Part shown: positions 11,852 to 25,291 of the stretch, piece by piece
How the letters are laid out: each line of letters starts with the position of its first letter
How positions within the stretch are numbered: position 1 is the stretch's first letter
Source of the DNA: Geosiphon pyriformis uo1
Lineage: Eukaryota; Fungi; Glomeromycota
DNA length: 63,927 bases
Direction of reading: 5' to 3'
Assembly (NCBI GenBank): GCA_016748015.1
Contig: JAAOMT010000372.1
Span: forward strand, 434,074-498,000
Made by a program: the position numbers and the translations under genes
The notes under the pieces: model-generated
What the model saw: the letters and a program-made list of their open reading frames with translations, nothing else
What the model was told of the DNA's origin: nothing
The model's database searches: none

Positions 11852-12811
11852 TTAAGATCCAATTTCACAAATAGCTGAATTCGGATTCCAATTCATCTGA
11901 ATATTATATTTAATTCCACCAACAATCATATTAAATTCACCACCATTTTCCGCTTTCACAGTCTTTCCAAAATTAAAATTACATTTATCAGCACTTTCTT
12001 GTCCTTTAACATCAAACCAAGCATTCAAAAATGGATCATTCATTACTTCGATAAATTCGTGTGCCATAATATTTATCATTCCATCAATTCCCACATTTTC
12101 ATTCTGTGAACTCTCCGGATTACCATGTGCACATCCTGTAGGACATTGAGTTTCGGCGTTACCAACGTAAGCAAATTTTAACAAGCTATTATTTGGTCGT
12201 TGAAAGTGAGAATGATATCCACAATAATCTTTACATAATCCTTCTGATTTTATATCTTTCGAAGAAAGAATGTAATAAATTGCATTTTCTTGTTCTGGTA
12301 AAAGTTTTACATTAATCGCTTCATTAACAATATCCATATGATCTTGTTTTGTCAAATATTTCCCATGTGTGTATTCATTCACGAGGACGTGTGTAAGATG
12401 TACAGGTCCAGTTATATTGCCACCTTTTTGGTTATTGTAAGCTGTCAAAGTTTGAAACCAAGGTGTACCATCGATATTTTTAAAAAAATTTTCTAAAATA
12501 TCTCTCTCATCCTGTCGTGACCAATCTCCGTAATATATAAAATGAACATTGACTAAACCGGTTATAATATCACCTTGATGATAATCGATATTTACGTTAG
12601 GAGGGTTAACGTTAAGAAACATTTGGTGCTTGTGATTTGAATCATTTGATGTTGAATTAGGATCATAGGGTTTTGCAACTCCTACTTTGAATGACTGTGA
12701 CGAAGTGGATGGAATGATTGGATGTGATTCTACTCGTTTAAAATTTGAGATTATGTTAAATGATGTGAAAAATGAAATAATCATTATAATAGAAAAATTT
12801 TTAATAAACAT
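11852..12811 (-). CDS. Secreted Phi-1 / EXORDIUM-like protein (intronless)
   Basis: Hydrophobic N-terminus plus Phi-1 motifs YHQGDII..VNVHFIYYGDWS, CKDYCGYHS, FAYVGNAETQCPTGCA, VGIDGMINIMAHEFIEVMNDPFLNAWF, ESADKC, YNIQMNW. Confidence 0.88.
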   Translation of the reverse strand: MFIKNFSIIMIISFFTSFNIISNFKRVESHPIIPSTSSQSFKVGVAKPYDPNSTSNDSNHKHQMFLNVNPPNVNIDYHQGDIITGLVNVHFIYYGDWSRQDERDILENFFKNIDGTPWFQTLTAYNNQKGGNITGPVHLTHVLVNEYTHGKYLTKQDHMDIVNEAINVKLLPEQENAIYYILSSKDIKSEGLCKDYCGYHSHFQRPNNSLLKFAYVGNAETQCPTGCAHGNPESSQNENVGIDGMINIMAHEFIEVMNDPFLNAWFDVKGQESADKCNFNFGKTVKAENGGEFNMIVGGIKYNIQMNWNPNSAICEIGS

Positions 12812-13720
12812 TTCTATATTTGATTTAGATAATTATATATATATTTTTTTCTCTTTTGACAAATATGTGGATATGAAGGGATATGGATTAACCAATGATA
12901 TATATTTTTAGGAAATTTAATTTTCGGAAAAAAGGATAAAATATGGTGTATGTGTATGTGTATGTTAATGTATTAAAGGAGGGGGGGGGGGGGATAAGAA
13001 GAAGGGAATAAGAAGAATGAAAAATTGGTGGTATTAAAGAAAGAAAGAAAGAAAGAAAGAAAAGAACCCTTAATTAGTATTTGACTATTTGCACAGCAAA
13101 TGAGATCAAAAATTCAAAGGTTGGCCTGTGTATAAAAATTATCAAACTAAAACAAATGAAGAATAAAACAAAAGATTGATAAAGAAAATAATAACTACTG
13201 GGGGAAACTAGTCTCATTTCTTTTATACATTTTACTGTTAGATTTTGAAGGTACAACAACTCGATAGAAATCAACAATTTGAATAAAACGGGTATTATTT
13301 TGATTGAATTTCAAACTCCCTTTGTTTTCGATTAATGGTTGTAATTATTATTTTTTTGCCCATTCAAAGGTTTCAAGAAAATATTTTTTAAAACAAGTAT
13401 TGTTAATATGAAACCTACTTTAACGTTTCTATTTTAGAAACTTGTAATACCCTAATTATATATATATAAATTCGATGCAGATAATACCCGTTTTTCGTAT
13501 TAATAATATATATCACACACAACAATTTCTAACAACAATGTATTACAAAAGTTTACCTAATCGTCTAGAAAAGATATACAAAAAATAAGTACATGTATTT
13601 TAAAAACTCATGTCTCAACGAAATAATTGCAAAGATGTTTAGAATTTTGTAAAATTTTAAAAAAAAAACTGGTAGTATATTGCAAAAAGTATCCACAAGT
13701 AAAAATATTTTTCAGTAACA

Positions 13721-13793
<73 letters not shown>

Positions 13794-13830
13794 GTAATAA
13801 TAGTAATAATAATAATAATAATAATATAAT
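13721..13830. repeat. (AAT)n microsatellite
   Basis: Directly visible. It produces the spurious poly-Leu ORF 13657-13845. Confidence 0.95.
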
Positions 13831-14098
13831 AATAGTGAATCTCATTTTTATATAAAGTAATTTTTTTAAAATTTTTGTTTATTTAATAAGCTAGTAGTAA
13901 TAATTGAAGAATTATCAAAGTAAAATTCAAGGGTATCGAATACCTTTTACTAAAATGTTGATGTGCTATAATCAGCATAGGGAGAAAATAATAATCTTAA
14001 ATTTACCAACGTTTCTTCTTCGATGATAAACTTGAAATTCTCCAATATTTATTTTTTGATATTTAATTTAGAAAATTCACAACAGTCATCAGTAAGAA

Positions 14099-14695
14099 TT
14101 AAAGACGACCCCAATTAATGGGCCTTAGAAACCAATTCTGTTTCGATGGGGGAGTTGTTACTCTTTGAGAGTACACATACTTTGCTCGGTCTTCAGGTTT
14201 ACAGATTTCATAATTTTTTTGATTTTGCCCAGAAGGTGTCTCATTTGATTTTAATGGGATTTGTGGATTTTGTTGTTGATTTTCTGGTAAACCATTTGTG
14301 CTAGCCATTAAAGAGTTAAAGTTTGAATCTGGTTGTTGATTTAGTTCTTGTTGACTTTCTGGTAAATTATTTGTGCTGGTCATTAAAGAGTTAAAGTTTG
14401 AATCTGGTTGTTGATTTTCTGGTAAACCATTTGTGCTGGCCATTAAAGAGTTAAAGTTTGAATCTGGTTGTTGATTTTCTGGTAAATTATTTGTGCTGGC
14501 CATTAAAGAGTTAAAGTTTGAATCATTATTTAAATAGAAATCCATTTGTGGGATTGGAGAATCATTATTTAAATAGGAATCCATTTGTGGGATTGGGTGT
14601 GCACTCATATGAATGCTGGCAAAAGTTATGAAAAGGAAGGTTGAGAAAAGCCAAGTGGAGAGGAAATATTTTTTTCTGAATAAAACTTGAGACAT
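14099..14695 (-). CDS. Small secreted tandem-repeat protein (candidate effector)
   Basis: Signal-like N-terminus ending ...SIHMSAHP, 2 x 13-aa repeat (PIPQMD[S/F]YLNNDS), 4 x about 20-aa repeat (DSNFNSLM[A/T]STN[N/G]LPE[N/S]QQ), then a unique C-terminal tail. Confidence 0.75.
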   Translation of the reverse strand: MSQVLFRKKYFLSTWLFSTFLFITFASIHMSAHPIPQMDSYLNNDSPIPQMDFYLNNDSNFNSLMASTNNLPENQQPDSNFNSLMASTNGLPENQQPDSNFNSLMTSTNNLPESQQELNQQPDSNFNSLMASTNGLPENQQQNPQIPLKSNETPSGQNQKNYEICKPEDRAKYVYSQRVTTPPSKQNWFLRPINWGRL

Positions 14696-15618
14696 TTTGT
14701 TTCAAGAGTTATTTTTGAATATTTGAAATAAATCAGGCGTTTTTAAATCTTGACTGAATTTGAAAGTTGATTTTGTGAAAAGAATTATTATATTTTTTTT
14801 GTAGGCGTTTCGATCTTTTTTTTGAAGAGTTTTTCCTAAATTCTTTAAAATAATTTTATTTAGTTTTTTGAATTCCGAATATCATTATATATTCCTATTA
14901 GAAAATTAACTTTTTCTAAATTAAAATCATATAGATAAATAATCTACGTTGTACAACTTCTTCTTTTACTATTATTAAGATTTCTACTATTACTATTCGA
15001 ACCGGAAAAAATATTTTATTTAAAATTCGATTTTCATTCAAAATATTTTTTCTTTTAGAATAAAATTTTTAAATAAGAAAATTCTTTTTTGAAAGAAAGT
15101 TTTTCCCGGTTCTCGGAATTATCTGTTATAATTTTTTAAAAAACTTATCTCCAACGAAAAAATGAATTATCTTTTTCTTTTTCTTTTTCTTTTTCTTTTT
15201 CTTTTTCTTTTTTCCAATATTATCTAAATTGGAAATCTTTGGAGAATTATAATTAAGAATGTTGAATAAAAGTAAATTAGAAATCTTTGGAGAAGTATAA
15301 TTAAGAATTTTGAATAAATTTAAATTAGAAAAAATTAGAAATAATTTTCTTCTAATAATTCTTTAGCAAATTATGAAAAAGACAAAAAAATAAATATTTT
15401 AAAACAAATACATGATTACATGCTCCCTAGTTCACAATTAACTTTTAATTAGAAAGGATTTAGAAAAAGAAATTTATATAATTATAGTTATTATTTTCTA
15501 TCATTTCTAATTTAGTTAAAAAGTTGAAATTTGTTTTTATTGATTTATGTTTACTTTTCATTTTTTATTTCCTCAATCAATTCTATGATGAAAACACTAT
15601 ATCCTCAAGAGATTGTCT

Positions 15619-15649
<31 letters not shown>

Positions 15650-16117
15650 GTGCAAGATTGAAATGAAGCCTATTAACAATTATATATATATAAAGAATAA
15701 AAGACAATGATTAATCGGGTCAATTAACGTATCCTTCTTTTAAAACCCATGGTGTCTACCTGAAAAAGACATATTTATATATATAAATTTGTTCAGGGCT
15801 TTTATTTTTATTTTTGATTGATTTAAAAAAAACCCTCCCTCCCTCCCTCCCTCCCTCCCCGTTTTCCAATTGAAATATCTAATATTTAATATTTGCTTTC
15901 ACGATACAATCAAAAATATCTTTATCAATTATAATTTGATGGAGATTAATGTTTAGGCCAATAACCTCACAACATGATTTGTCTTAATATTCCTATTTGT
16001 ACGAGATCCCAGATCAAATATTATTATATATTTTCGAAACAAAAGTTTTAAATCTACTTTATTTTTCAAAAAATTTGATTAAACAAACATAATTATCAAC
16101 AAATCTATCTCTTTGTA

Positions 16118-17089
16118 TTAAGCATTAAGCTTATAAATTGGATCGACTAATTTATTTGGTCCACTAATCCCTTTGCCAAGATCTTTAAGTAAACCGGTTT
16201 TGATATCATACACCCAACCATGAACTTCAAGTCTTCGACCCTTAGCCCAAGTATTTTGAACGATACTTGAAGAGGCGATGTTGGATACTTGACGTAACAC
16301 ATTCAAGTCTACCAAGAGATCGGCACGTTTGTCATGAGGTGTTGAATCGATCAAGGCACGATTGGCATGATAGACATCTTTGATATTTAAAAGCCAACTA
16401 TCGACAATACCGTGTTGGTTATTAGTCATTGAAGCGGCCACACCACCACAACCATAATGACCTATATAAAAAAAATCCCCAATGTAATTCATTAGACACA
16501 TTATGTTACAAAAGTCTTTGAAAATTTCAATGATAAATACATACCACATACGATTACATGTTCAACTTTAAGATGCTCTACAGCGTATTGCAAAACTGAC
16601 AAAGAATTTAAATCCGAATGAAGAAATTGATTCGCTATATTTCTATGAACAAAAATTTCACCAGGACCCAATTGAACGACAGTTTCGGCTGGCACACGAG
16701 AATCGGAACAACCTTTTTAAACATGAATTATAAGAAAAAAAATAGTAAAGATAATTCGAATGATTTTCTAAAATTAAAAAAGAAATTTCAAAATATGCAA
16801 ATATATCACTTTTTAAATATTACCAAACCATGCAATTTTAGGTTGCTGCCCTTTAGCACTAATCTCAAAGTAATCAGATTGATGTTGAGTGATAGATTTG
16901 GCCCAATTTCTATTACTCTCTAGTACATTAGAAAGATTCTCGCCAAGAGCGGAGAAAGTTCCAGGAAGGTGAGAATGTCCTAAATAACAATTAATGAAAT
17001 TTGAAAAGGAATAAATGTTTTAGAAACTAATATATATCAATTAGAAATGAAACAAGAGAAATGAATTTTCTGAAAGGAATACCTGACAT
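16118..17089 (-). CDS. NCE103: Beta-class carbonic anhydrase. Exons 17083-17089, 16824-16979, 16545-16712, 16118-16461
   Basis: Spliced product MSGHSHLPG...NRNWA...[20 protein letters not shown]...[13 protein letters not shown]...[23 protein letters not shown]...[14 protein letters not shown], with the Zn ligands CxD and HxxC. Confidence 0.95.
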
Positions 17090-18249
17090 GATAATGTTAG
17101 AAAGTGAAGAGTTTTTGTTACGTTAGTTGGTTAAGGGAAACTTTTTAGTTGGCCAAAGAAATTGGTGAAAAACGACAAGATTTCAACTTCGCATTTTAAT
17201 ATGCAAAAAAATACCCAAGTGCCCCAGGTCTGTTCCCGAAAAATATTTACGATAAAAATTAAAAACAAATCTGTGGCAATAAGTTTTGTGTTTGCCTTGG
17301 CAAAAGATCATTCCATTTTTGATAATCCACATGATTAATTTAACTTTTTTTTGATCAAAGACGATATTACGGTTATCGGCTTATAAAAATTATTTCAAGC
17401 TTTTATTTATTAAATATCACGTTTGGATAATCACGATCCTTTTAGGAATAGTTTGAATTTAAAAATGCCAGTTATTTTATCAAGGTCAAACAAATCATAA
17501 ATTGCGGGAATAGAATTCAGCAAAAATATTTTTAAATTTTTTCCAAAATTGGCCAATCTAATGTAAACAAGAGATTCGAATTTTTTCAAATTTACTTTCA
17601 AGATTCTTTATTTCTCAAATAAAACATCACGAAGGTGTTCCCTCTAGTCTTGATGGAAAAAAAAAACGAGAAATTTGACTAGCGTAATATTTTATCAACA
17701 AATCATCCCAAAATTTTTTCAATAGACCATCACGATGAAAAGATTCGTATTCTGATCCTGCTCACCCTGGGATAATTTTTCCAACAAATATATAAATCAA
17801 AGAATTCTATTTCAGAGATCTGATATTTTCAAATTGAAAAACAATAAAGTTTTTGAGGATGTTAACACGTTCAAATATTTTTTTTTTTTTTTTTTTCGGA
17901 ACGAAGATTTGGGGCAAAAAATGCAAATCAAGACTCATAATTTAAATTTTCCCTTCGAAAATGAGAAATTAGAATTTTTGGTCATTTCTGTTTTGATGTA
18001 ATTAATTTTCTTTTTGATAAATGTATAGGGAAAAAAAGTTTTTACCGTTACAAAAAAAGTAAAAATTTTGGGGTTACATTACACTGAGTGCTGCAAAAAA
18101 AAATAAATAAAAAAAAGTTGTCTTATTGATTGGGTAACCATGATTAGGTACCTCAAATAGGGTCACTATAGAACTCTTTAATTACAATTAGCTAGTGCAT
18201 GCCTTCTAAATCAAGATTGTCACATGCCGCATTGATTAATCAATTTATC

Positions 18250-21200
18250 ATAATAATAGATTTAGGATCAAGAATTTTTTTTTCGTATAAACAATAAAAA
18301 ACACGGGGAACTTGGTTAGTTTGAAATTTTAATTTAACCCAAAAAAAAATAAATGATGGTTTCTTGATTTAATAAAAATAACAAAACAAAAAATATTGAT
18401 TAGTGATTTTTTTTTTGGTCTAAACATCATGTTTCTTTGTTTAAATAATATTACATTTGATAAGAACAGATAAAAAAAATAATTTAATTAGTGGTATATT
18501 TTTTTTTTGTTGTTAAAATTTTTTTTAAAGTAATTTTTTGCTTGAAAATAATAAAGAAATATTCAAATTTTTGTGATTTAAAATATAAATTTATTTTTAA
18601 TTGTGTTTTATTCATATATTAAAATTATTTTTTTTAAAAATTATAAAAATTTTATTATAATTAATTATTAATAATATAACTGAAAAATTAAGGAAAAAAA
18701 TAATAATTGATAATTGGTTTTAAAAAAAAATGATTAAAAATTACCAATAATAACAAAAAATAATTGTAAATACTTTGTTATTTTAAACATATTTATATAT
18801 CTACTTATTTATTTATTATTTTATATTTTTTATATTTATTATTTAAATTATATATATTTAATTTAAGCTTAATATTTATAATATAATTTACTCTAATAAT
18901 CAAAGAAAAACAACTAAATTCACCAAAAATTTAATTTTCTTAATTATAAATTCTACCAAATTAAACTAATTTATCTGAATTTTAAATATCACAAATAACT
19001 TAAAAGAAAGTTTTTTGTAAACCAAAAAAACAGTTTTATAAACAAAAGCCAAATGCTCTAAACTTTAATACTTATAATATAATAATATTTAAGAGTTTTT
19101 TATTAAATACAAAGTACCAGTTTTAATAATTGCATTATTTAAATCTGAAAATAATAACAACAAAATTTTAATGACAATTAAACTTAAAAATTAAAAAATA
19201 AAACAGTGTTTAATTATTAATTTAAGAAACTAAATTATGAATTTTAAAAAACGGTACAACTAAAAAAAAATATTGATTAATTTTGTTTTAAACTTATTAT
19301 AAAAAGTAATAACTTTTTTTAATCAAACAAAAACAAATTCAAACACTATTTTTTTTTTAATCAGAATTAATTAACAAACAAAAGCAGTATTAAAAACTTC
19401 AAGAAACTTAAAATACACAACAACATATTGTTATAAACTAAAAACTTTATCAAAAACACCAAAAAATTTTTTAATATTATTAATAAAAATATTCAAAAAA
19501 CATTATAAAAAATTATAATAGTAAAATCAAAACTTAAAATTAAAATTAGAAAAATTTTGTTTTTAAAAATGGTCAAAAAAATATTTTTTAATTTTCATTT
19601 TATTTAATTAAAATTTTACTATTAGATAAATTAATAGTATAATTAAGAAAAGTTATATATTAAAACATAATTTGTTTTGTTTCAAAGTTGGCGAAAATTT
19701 AACATATTAAAAAAATTAATAAAGTTAATGTTTTATTTTTAACAAAAAAAACAGATTTTAAATCAAAAAAGTGCTTTAAGAAATACAAAGAAAGATACTG
19801 TCTTTAAGTATTTTAAAAAGTAAATAATTATGTTTTTAAAAATTTAGTAACTTGTAATCAAAAAGTTATTTAAGAATAAGTTTTTATTTAAACTAAAAAT
19901 ATTAAAATTTTGATTAATAAAAATATAATCAAATAATTATAGTCTTATAAGACTGCAACAAAAATAAACAATTTACTGATTTTTAAAAAATGTTTTTTAT
20001 TTTATAATTAATAAATATGTTATTAATCTAAAAAAAATTATTTGTAATATTTAAAACATTTGTATTATAATTTAAATATTGTTAATTCAAATAGTATTAT
20101 TGACAAAAGCATTAACTGAAAAATAAAAAATAATACTAACTTTGAAGTTGATTATGTCTGTATAAGTAACCAGCTTCAAATTAATTTGAAAACTAAAGAA
20201 CCTTTTAATTTTTATATTTTATACAAAACGATATCTAAAAAATCTTTAATATTAAAAAAGAAAACACTTATTTCTAATTCAAACTATTATAGACCTAATA
20301 TTTATTTGTGAAATTAAAGTTAATTATAACTTTGTTTATTTTATCATTATTATAAATATAACCAAAAAACCTAATAAAGCTTTTATATATATTAATTTTA
20401 TATAAGCTTTTTTTAGTTAGCTTACAGAATCATAAGTTTTTTAAATATTCTACAAAATAAACCAAAATTTTCAATTCTTTTTTAAAGTATCTTCAACTAA
20501 AATTCAATAGTGAAAATAGGAGTTTATATCAAAATTTTCTTTAAAGCTAAAAAATTATTATTCTAAAAAACATTACCCAATTTACATGCTAAAAAATCTG
20601 GTTAAACAAAAACTTAAACAATTTTTTTTAGTAGTCTTAATTAAAGCTATTAATTTTGTATTAATAAAGTTTTTCCACTTATAAAACTTGAAAATTATAG
20701 AAAGTCAGGCTTTTTTTCAAAAATTTGAAAGTTTTTTACAAATTAAATACTTATTTAAAAGATTTAAAAATAATTCAAAACAAATTAACTGTAATATTTC
20801 CAAAATTTATTGAGAATCTTTAACGACTTTGCAGTTTTTATTTTTAGAAGACCTTTGACAACTCCCAACAAAACATTCAAAACTATTTCGAATATTACAT
20901 AAAAAAACATAGCATCTTTAATATCAAACAAAGAGCATATTAAATAGTTTAGATATTAGACATGATTTTAAGAACTTTTTGTTTTATATTTAATGTATTA
21001 TAATCTTATTTATTTTTGAAATATTTTTATCAGAATTAAAAATAATATTGTCATTAACAACTAGATAATTCAAAGCAACTTTCTTAAAAAAATTTTCAAA
21101 ACACTATCAATAATATAAGTTTTATTATAAACAAAAATTTACTTATATTTACTAATAACAACTTTTATCTTAAATTTTTTAGCAGTTTTGATTTCATGCA

Positions 21201-24200
21201 TCTTAAATAATTGATAGCATTTTTTAATTTTAGCCAATAATTACTTTAACAAATCATTTAAAGATTTAAAATTAATTAAAAAATGTATTTTTTTTTTCTT
21301 TAACCAAATTCTTAATTTCATTTTATTATGTTTTCTAGTTTAAATAACTCTAAAAATTTGAAAATTAAAAGTTTTAACTTGTAAAAATCAAAAAACATTT
21401 TAACAATAATACATTTTAATTTTTTAAACTTGATTTTAAAAAATCTTATTAACTAAATCTAATAATATATTCCTTAATAAATTTTACATATTATTCAGAT
21501 TTTTATTTTTCTTAAAACATTTTAAAACACCAACAATACCTAAAGTTTTAAACAAATTCAAATTTTTAAACTTATTTTTTTGGGCTTTTTTAAGTTTGCT
21601 TATACTAAACTTCTAATAATTTTTATTAATTTTTTTATATATTACTATTTAATAAATTTCTTAATTAAAAATCGTTAAGACAGCCAAATAATCTGTGTTA
21701 AAAAAATGTTAGTATTAGTTATCTTTTTATTTACTTTTATTTAGTTAAAATTTTTATTAACCAAAATAAAATTCAAAGTTCTAAAAATATTTTTAAAATT
21801 ATTTAATATAGATTAAATAATAATATTTCTTTTAAATAGTGTTTTATAAAAACTGATAATTTGATACTTATTTAAATTAGCATTGTTTTAAAATTATTTT
21901 CATTAAAATTTTTATTTATAATAACAATAAAGCTTTTATTAAAGTTTTAACAATCATATTATAGATAACTATAGCTTAAACAAAACATTTTTTTAGAAAA
22001 ATTTTATATAAAAACCAATTATAAAACAGAAAACAAATTTTTATACAAAAGCTTAAATAATAATAACTGTTCAGAAATATTCTTGATCTTAAACACATAT
22101 ATTTTTTATATTACATATTATTATTTTTCAAATTAAATTATTTATAAAAAATAAATAACTTGTTTTTAAAAAATATATATTTTGGTCAAAAACTAAGACT
22201 AAAGCAAATATTAACAAAAAAAAGATTTAACATATATTAAATTAAAAAAAGTAACATAAGTTTTATTAAAGTATTTATTTAATTAATTAACAGCTTAAAT
22301 TTTTTTAAATTTGGAAAGTTGTAAAATCAAACCAATAAAAGAAAAACCATATCTGTAAACAAGAAATTAAAGACCAAATTAGATTTTTCTAAATTTTTAA
22401 TCTTTACTTAAATTATTTAAAAAAACCAGTTAATTAAAACAACTTTTTTGGCAAAAACCAAGACTTTTTAAACTAAAATAGTGGTTTTTTAACAAAGTTA
22501 TATTTTAAAATAATATATTCAAAATATTTGCAAATTTTGTACTTAAGCAAACAGTATTTGTATATTTTAAAATAGGCATTTAATTCATAGTTTTTAATAT
22601 GCTTTTTTTAAATTAAAACAAATTATAGTCTATAAATATTTTATATAAATAGCCAAATTTTTATTAATAACACAAGTTTTTCATTTACAAAAACAAAATA
22701 TTTTTCAAATTATATACAGTAGTGTTTATTGGCAAAATATATAATAAAACATATATATCTTTCTTAAACCAAATTTTTTGTTTATATTAATCTTAATAGC
22801 ATGCACAACTTTTTTTAATTAAGATAAATTACATAGAAATAATATAATTAACTTAACTTATTTTGCTAAATTCTATTAAAATTTTTTGTTAAAAACCAAT
22901 TAATTATAACTTAATCAACATAATTTTATCAACTCAAAAAACATAGCTACAGCTTTTTTTAGAGTATTAATTAAAATTTTCTTGATAAGTATTTATATAT
23001 TTGAAATTAATATATAAGAATTTAACTATTTTTTAATTAGAAATTTTGTTATAGCCAAACTTGATGCAAAAACTAAATAATAATTTAATAATTTTCTAAA
23101 AAATGTATTTTTCAAATAGCTAAAAGTTTTAACACTCAAAATAAATAAATTTAATCAAAACAAATATTTTTTTGAACAAAATATAATTAATAAAAATAAT
23201 TCTATTTTGGAAAATAATATTTTTTTAGATTTAAATTAATATTTGCAGAGTTAACAAAATCTTAAATTTGTTAAAAGTAATAAATGATTATTTTTTTTGG
23301 ACGTTAAAAAGAGTGTTTCATACTTCATATCCAGGTTTAACTATTAAGACTCAATTTACTAAAGATTTTATTATTTTTGAATTTTTTGGTTTAAGAACGG
23401 CTTAATCAGAAAACTTTAAGAATCAGATCAATTTATTAAAATTAATTGGATTTCAAAATAATCTCATTTAAAACCTTTCAAAATCCAGAATTATAAAGAA
23501 ATAATTACAACAAACATTCTCAACTCATTAGAACTTTTCTTTTTTTTACCATCTTATTTTAATCTCAGTTTTATGTTAATATAAAAATTTGAAAATATTG
23601 AACATATAATGAATTCCATAATTATTGCATCATTCCATTCAAAAAATTTTAAATTGTAATATTTCACAATCTATTTAACATACAATTCACAAATTCAATT
23701 TAAAAAAAAGCCAATAATCTTTCTGATACTTGATTAAGAGTTTATTTATAATTATTTAAGAAATTTTCATATATCTATTTTTTCATGGTGCAATATTGTT
23801 AACATTTGTAAATAAAATATTAGAATCAAAATTATGTAATATGTCGATATATTATCATAAAAACAAATGTTCAAAAAATAAACCTTTTGAAACTTTAAAT
23901 GCATATAATTTATTAGTGAATAGTATTATATTCTATAAATTAATAGTTTAATAATAATAATAATAATAATAATATAGCTTCAAATTGACTAGTACAACAA
24001 CTGAATTTTAATTCAATTAAACATTTATGAAATAAATTAAAAGCTTCTTAACAATATTAATAATAGTAATAATTTTTGAAATAAAATACACATAATGTTT
24101 TAAAACTAATAAAATCATTATATAAAAAAAATCAAAAAAAAATCATTTTCAATATGTGGCACGATAATTGTTCAAGTCATTATAGGTTTATAAATCTTGA

Positions 24201-24500
24201 TTTATCAAGTTCCAAAAATCATGCTCATTTTATTATTGAAATCTAGTTGGAAAATTTCTCAAACAAATGGAATTCAATATCATAAAAAATAATTCAAAAA
24301 TAACTTAAGAAACAACTTTGAAAATGTTTGCATTTACCAATTTCTTAAGTTTTATTATTACACTTTCAATCAAAAAACAACATCTCAACTATTTTTATCA
24401 TATTTTTTAATTTAGATAATTTTTTTCAACACATTATTAACAGGCTTTTAATTCTAATCAATATTATTCTATACAATTTTGATATATTTACTAAAAGCTC
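18250..24500. mobile_element. Very AT-rich block of hypermutated transposon relics (boundaries approximate)
   Basis: About 6 kb with no ORF of 60 aa or more, very few CpG and few CC/GG. It contains the decodable LINE relic listed next. Confidence 0.7.
21676..23000 (-). pseudogene. Non-LTR retrotransposon (LINE) relic: ORF1-like region followed by APE endonuclease
   Basis: Minus strand: FIVIINKNFNEN (~21896-21931, GGDFNED after G>A), RTLNFILV (~21759-21782, [R/K]xD[F/Y]I), FFNTDYLAV (~21679-21705, DTDH). Order and spacing fit an APE domain. Upstream, LIKL*LIGF*QKILIEF, VLLYILPINTTVYNL and KTCVINKNLAIY..*TIICFN resemble, from memory, Glomeromycotina LINE ORF1 proteins. Confidence 0.7.
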
Positions 24501-25291
24501 AAAAAAATTAATTGTGAATAATGATTAATTTTTGTGCTGCTACCATATATACTTAAAAACATGGTTGTGCTTATTTACTTTTTTTATATACATTTTTTTG
24601 ATTAAATATGTCTAAAACGTTATTCGCTTCATCAAAAGGAAATATTTAGACATTTTTTTGTTCTAAGACGTTATTGATATTGGTTGGTAGTTTTTGCTCG
24701 ATTCTCAACCAGAGATATTTTTACGACTTAATTGCCAAAGCTTAAATCTTATTGCTGAAGTTAAGCAACAACAAAATTCAATAAAGTACTCTTTCAGTTG
24801 CTTTGCAAAGAATAATAATAAAAAATGTTAATTATTTGGAAAGAAATTTTATCCATAAAATGATATATTTACTTGGTCAAATTTAGAAAATAATTTAATA
24901 ATGAACTTCAAAATTAAAGCTTTGAATTACAATTTTAAAGTTTAGAATCCACCTTTTCAATCAATAATTTCATGTCGTTTGATTTTGAGAATTGATTCTT
25001 TTCAATTTGCTGAGAACAGCACCGAAGATTTATTTCTAATGAAACACTTCATTTTCAAAGAAAACCGCAGTATATAAGAAATGTTTCACAGCCTCCGATT
25101 TGGTAGTTTTCGGTCACGAAAACCTGCAAGCAAAAACATGTGGATGTCCGCAGTCCCATGATAACTGTAGGGAAAATTATAAGGCCCGCTATATGATCAA
25201 TATAAATAAGACAAGCCATCATTTTAAGTTTGGATTAAACGGCTTCGCACAAACTCATTACCTCCATCCTACCCACAATTTTAGCTCTGCT

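Noticed and set aside
13657-13845. Poly-Leu ORF
   Set aside because: It is the translation of an (AAT)n microsatellite.
14270-14600. Regular ~60-bp repeats resembling a CRISPR array
   Set aside because: The units are contiguous and in-frame with no unique spacers, and the context is eukaryotic.
15225-15320. 48-bp tandem duplication
   Set aside because: A simple local duplication in intergenic DNA with no further structure.
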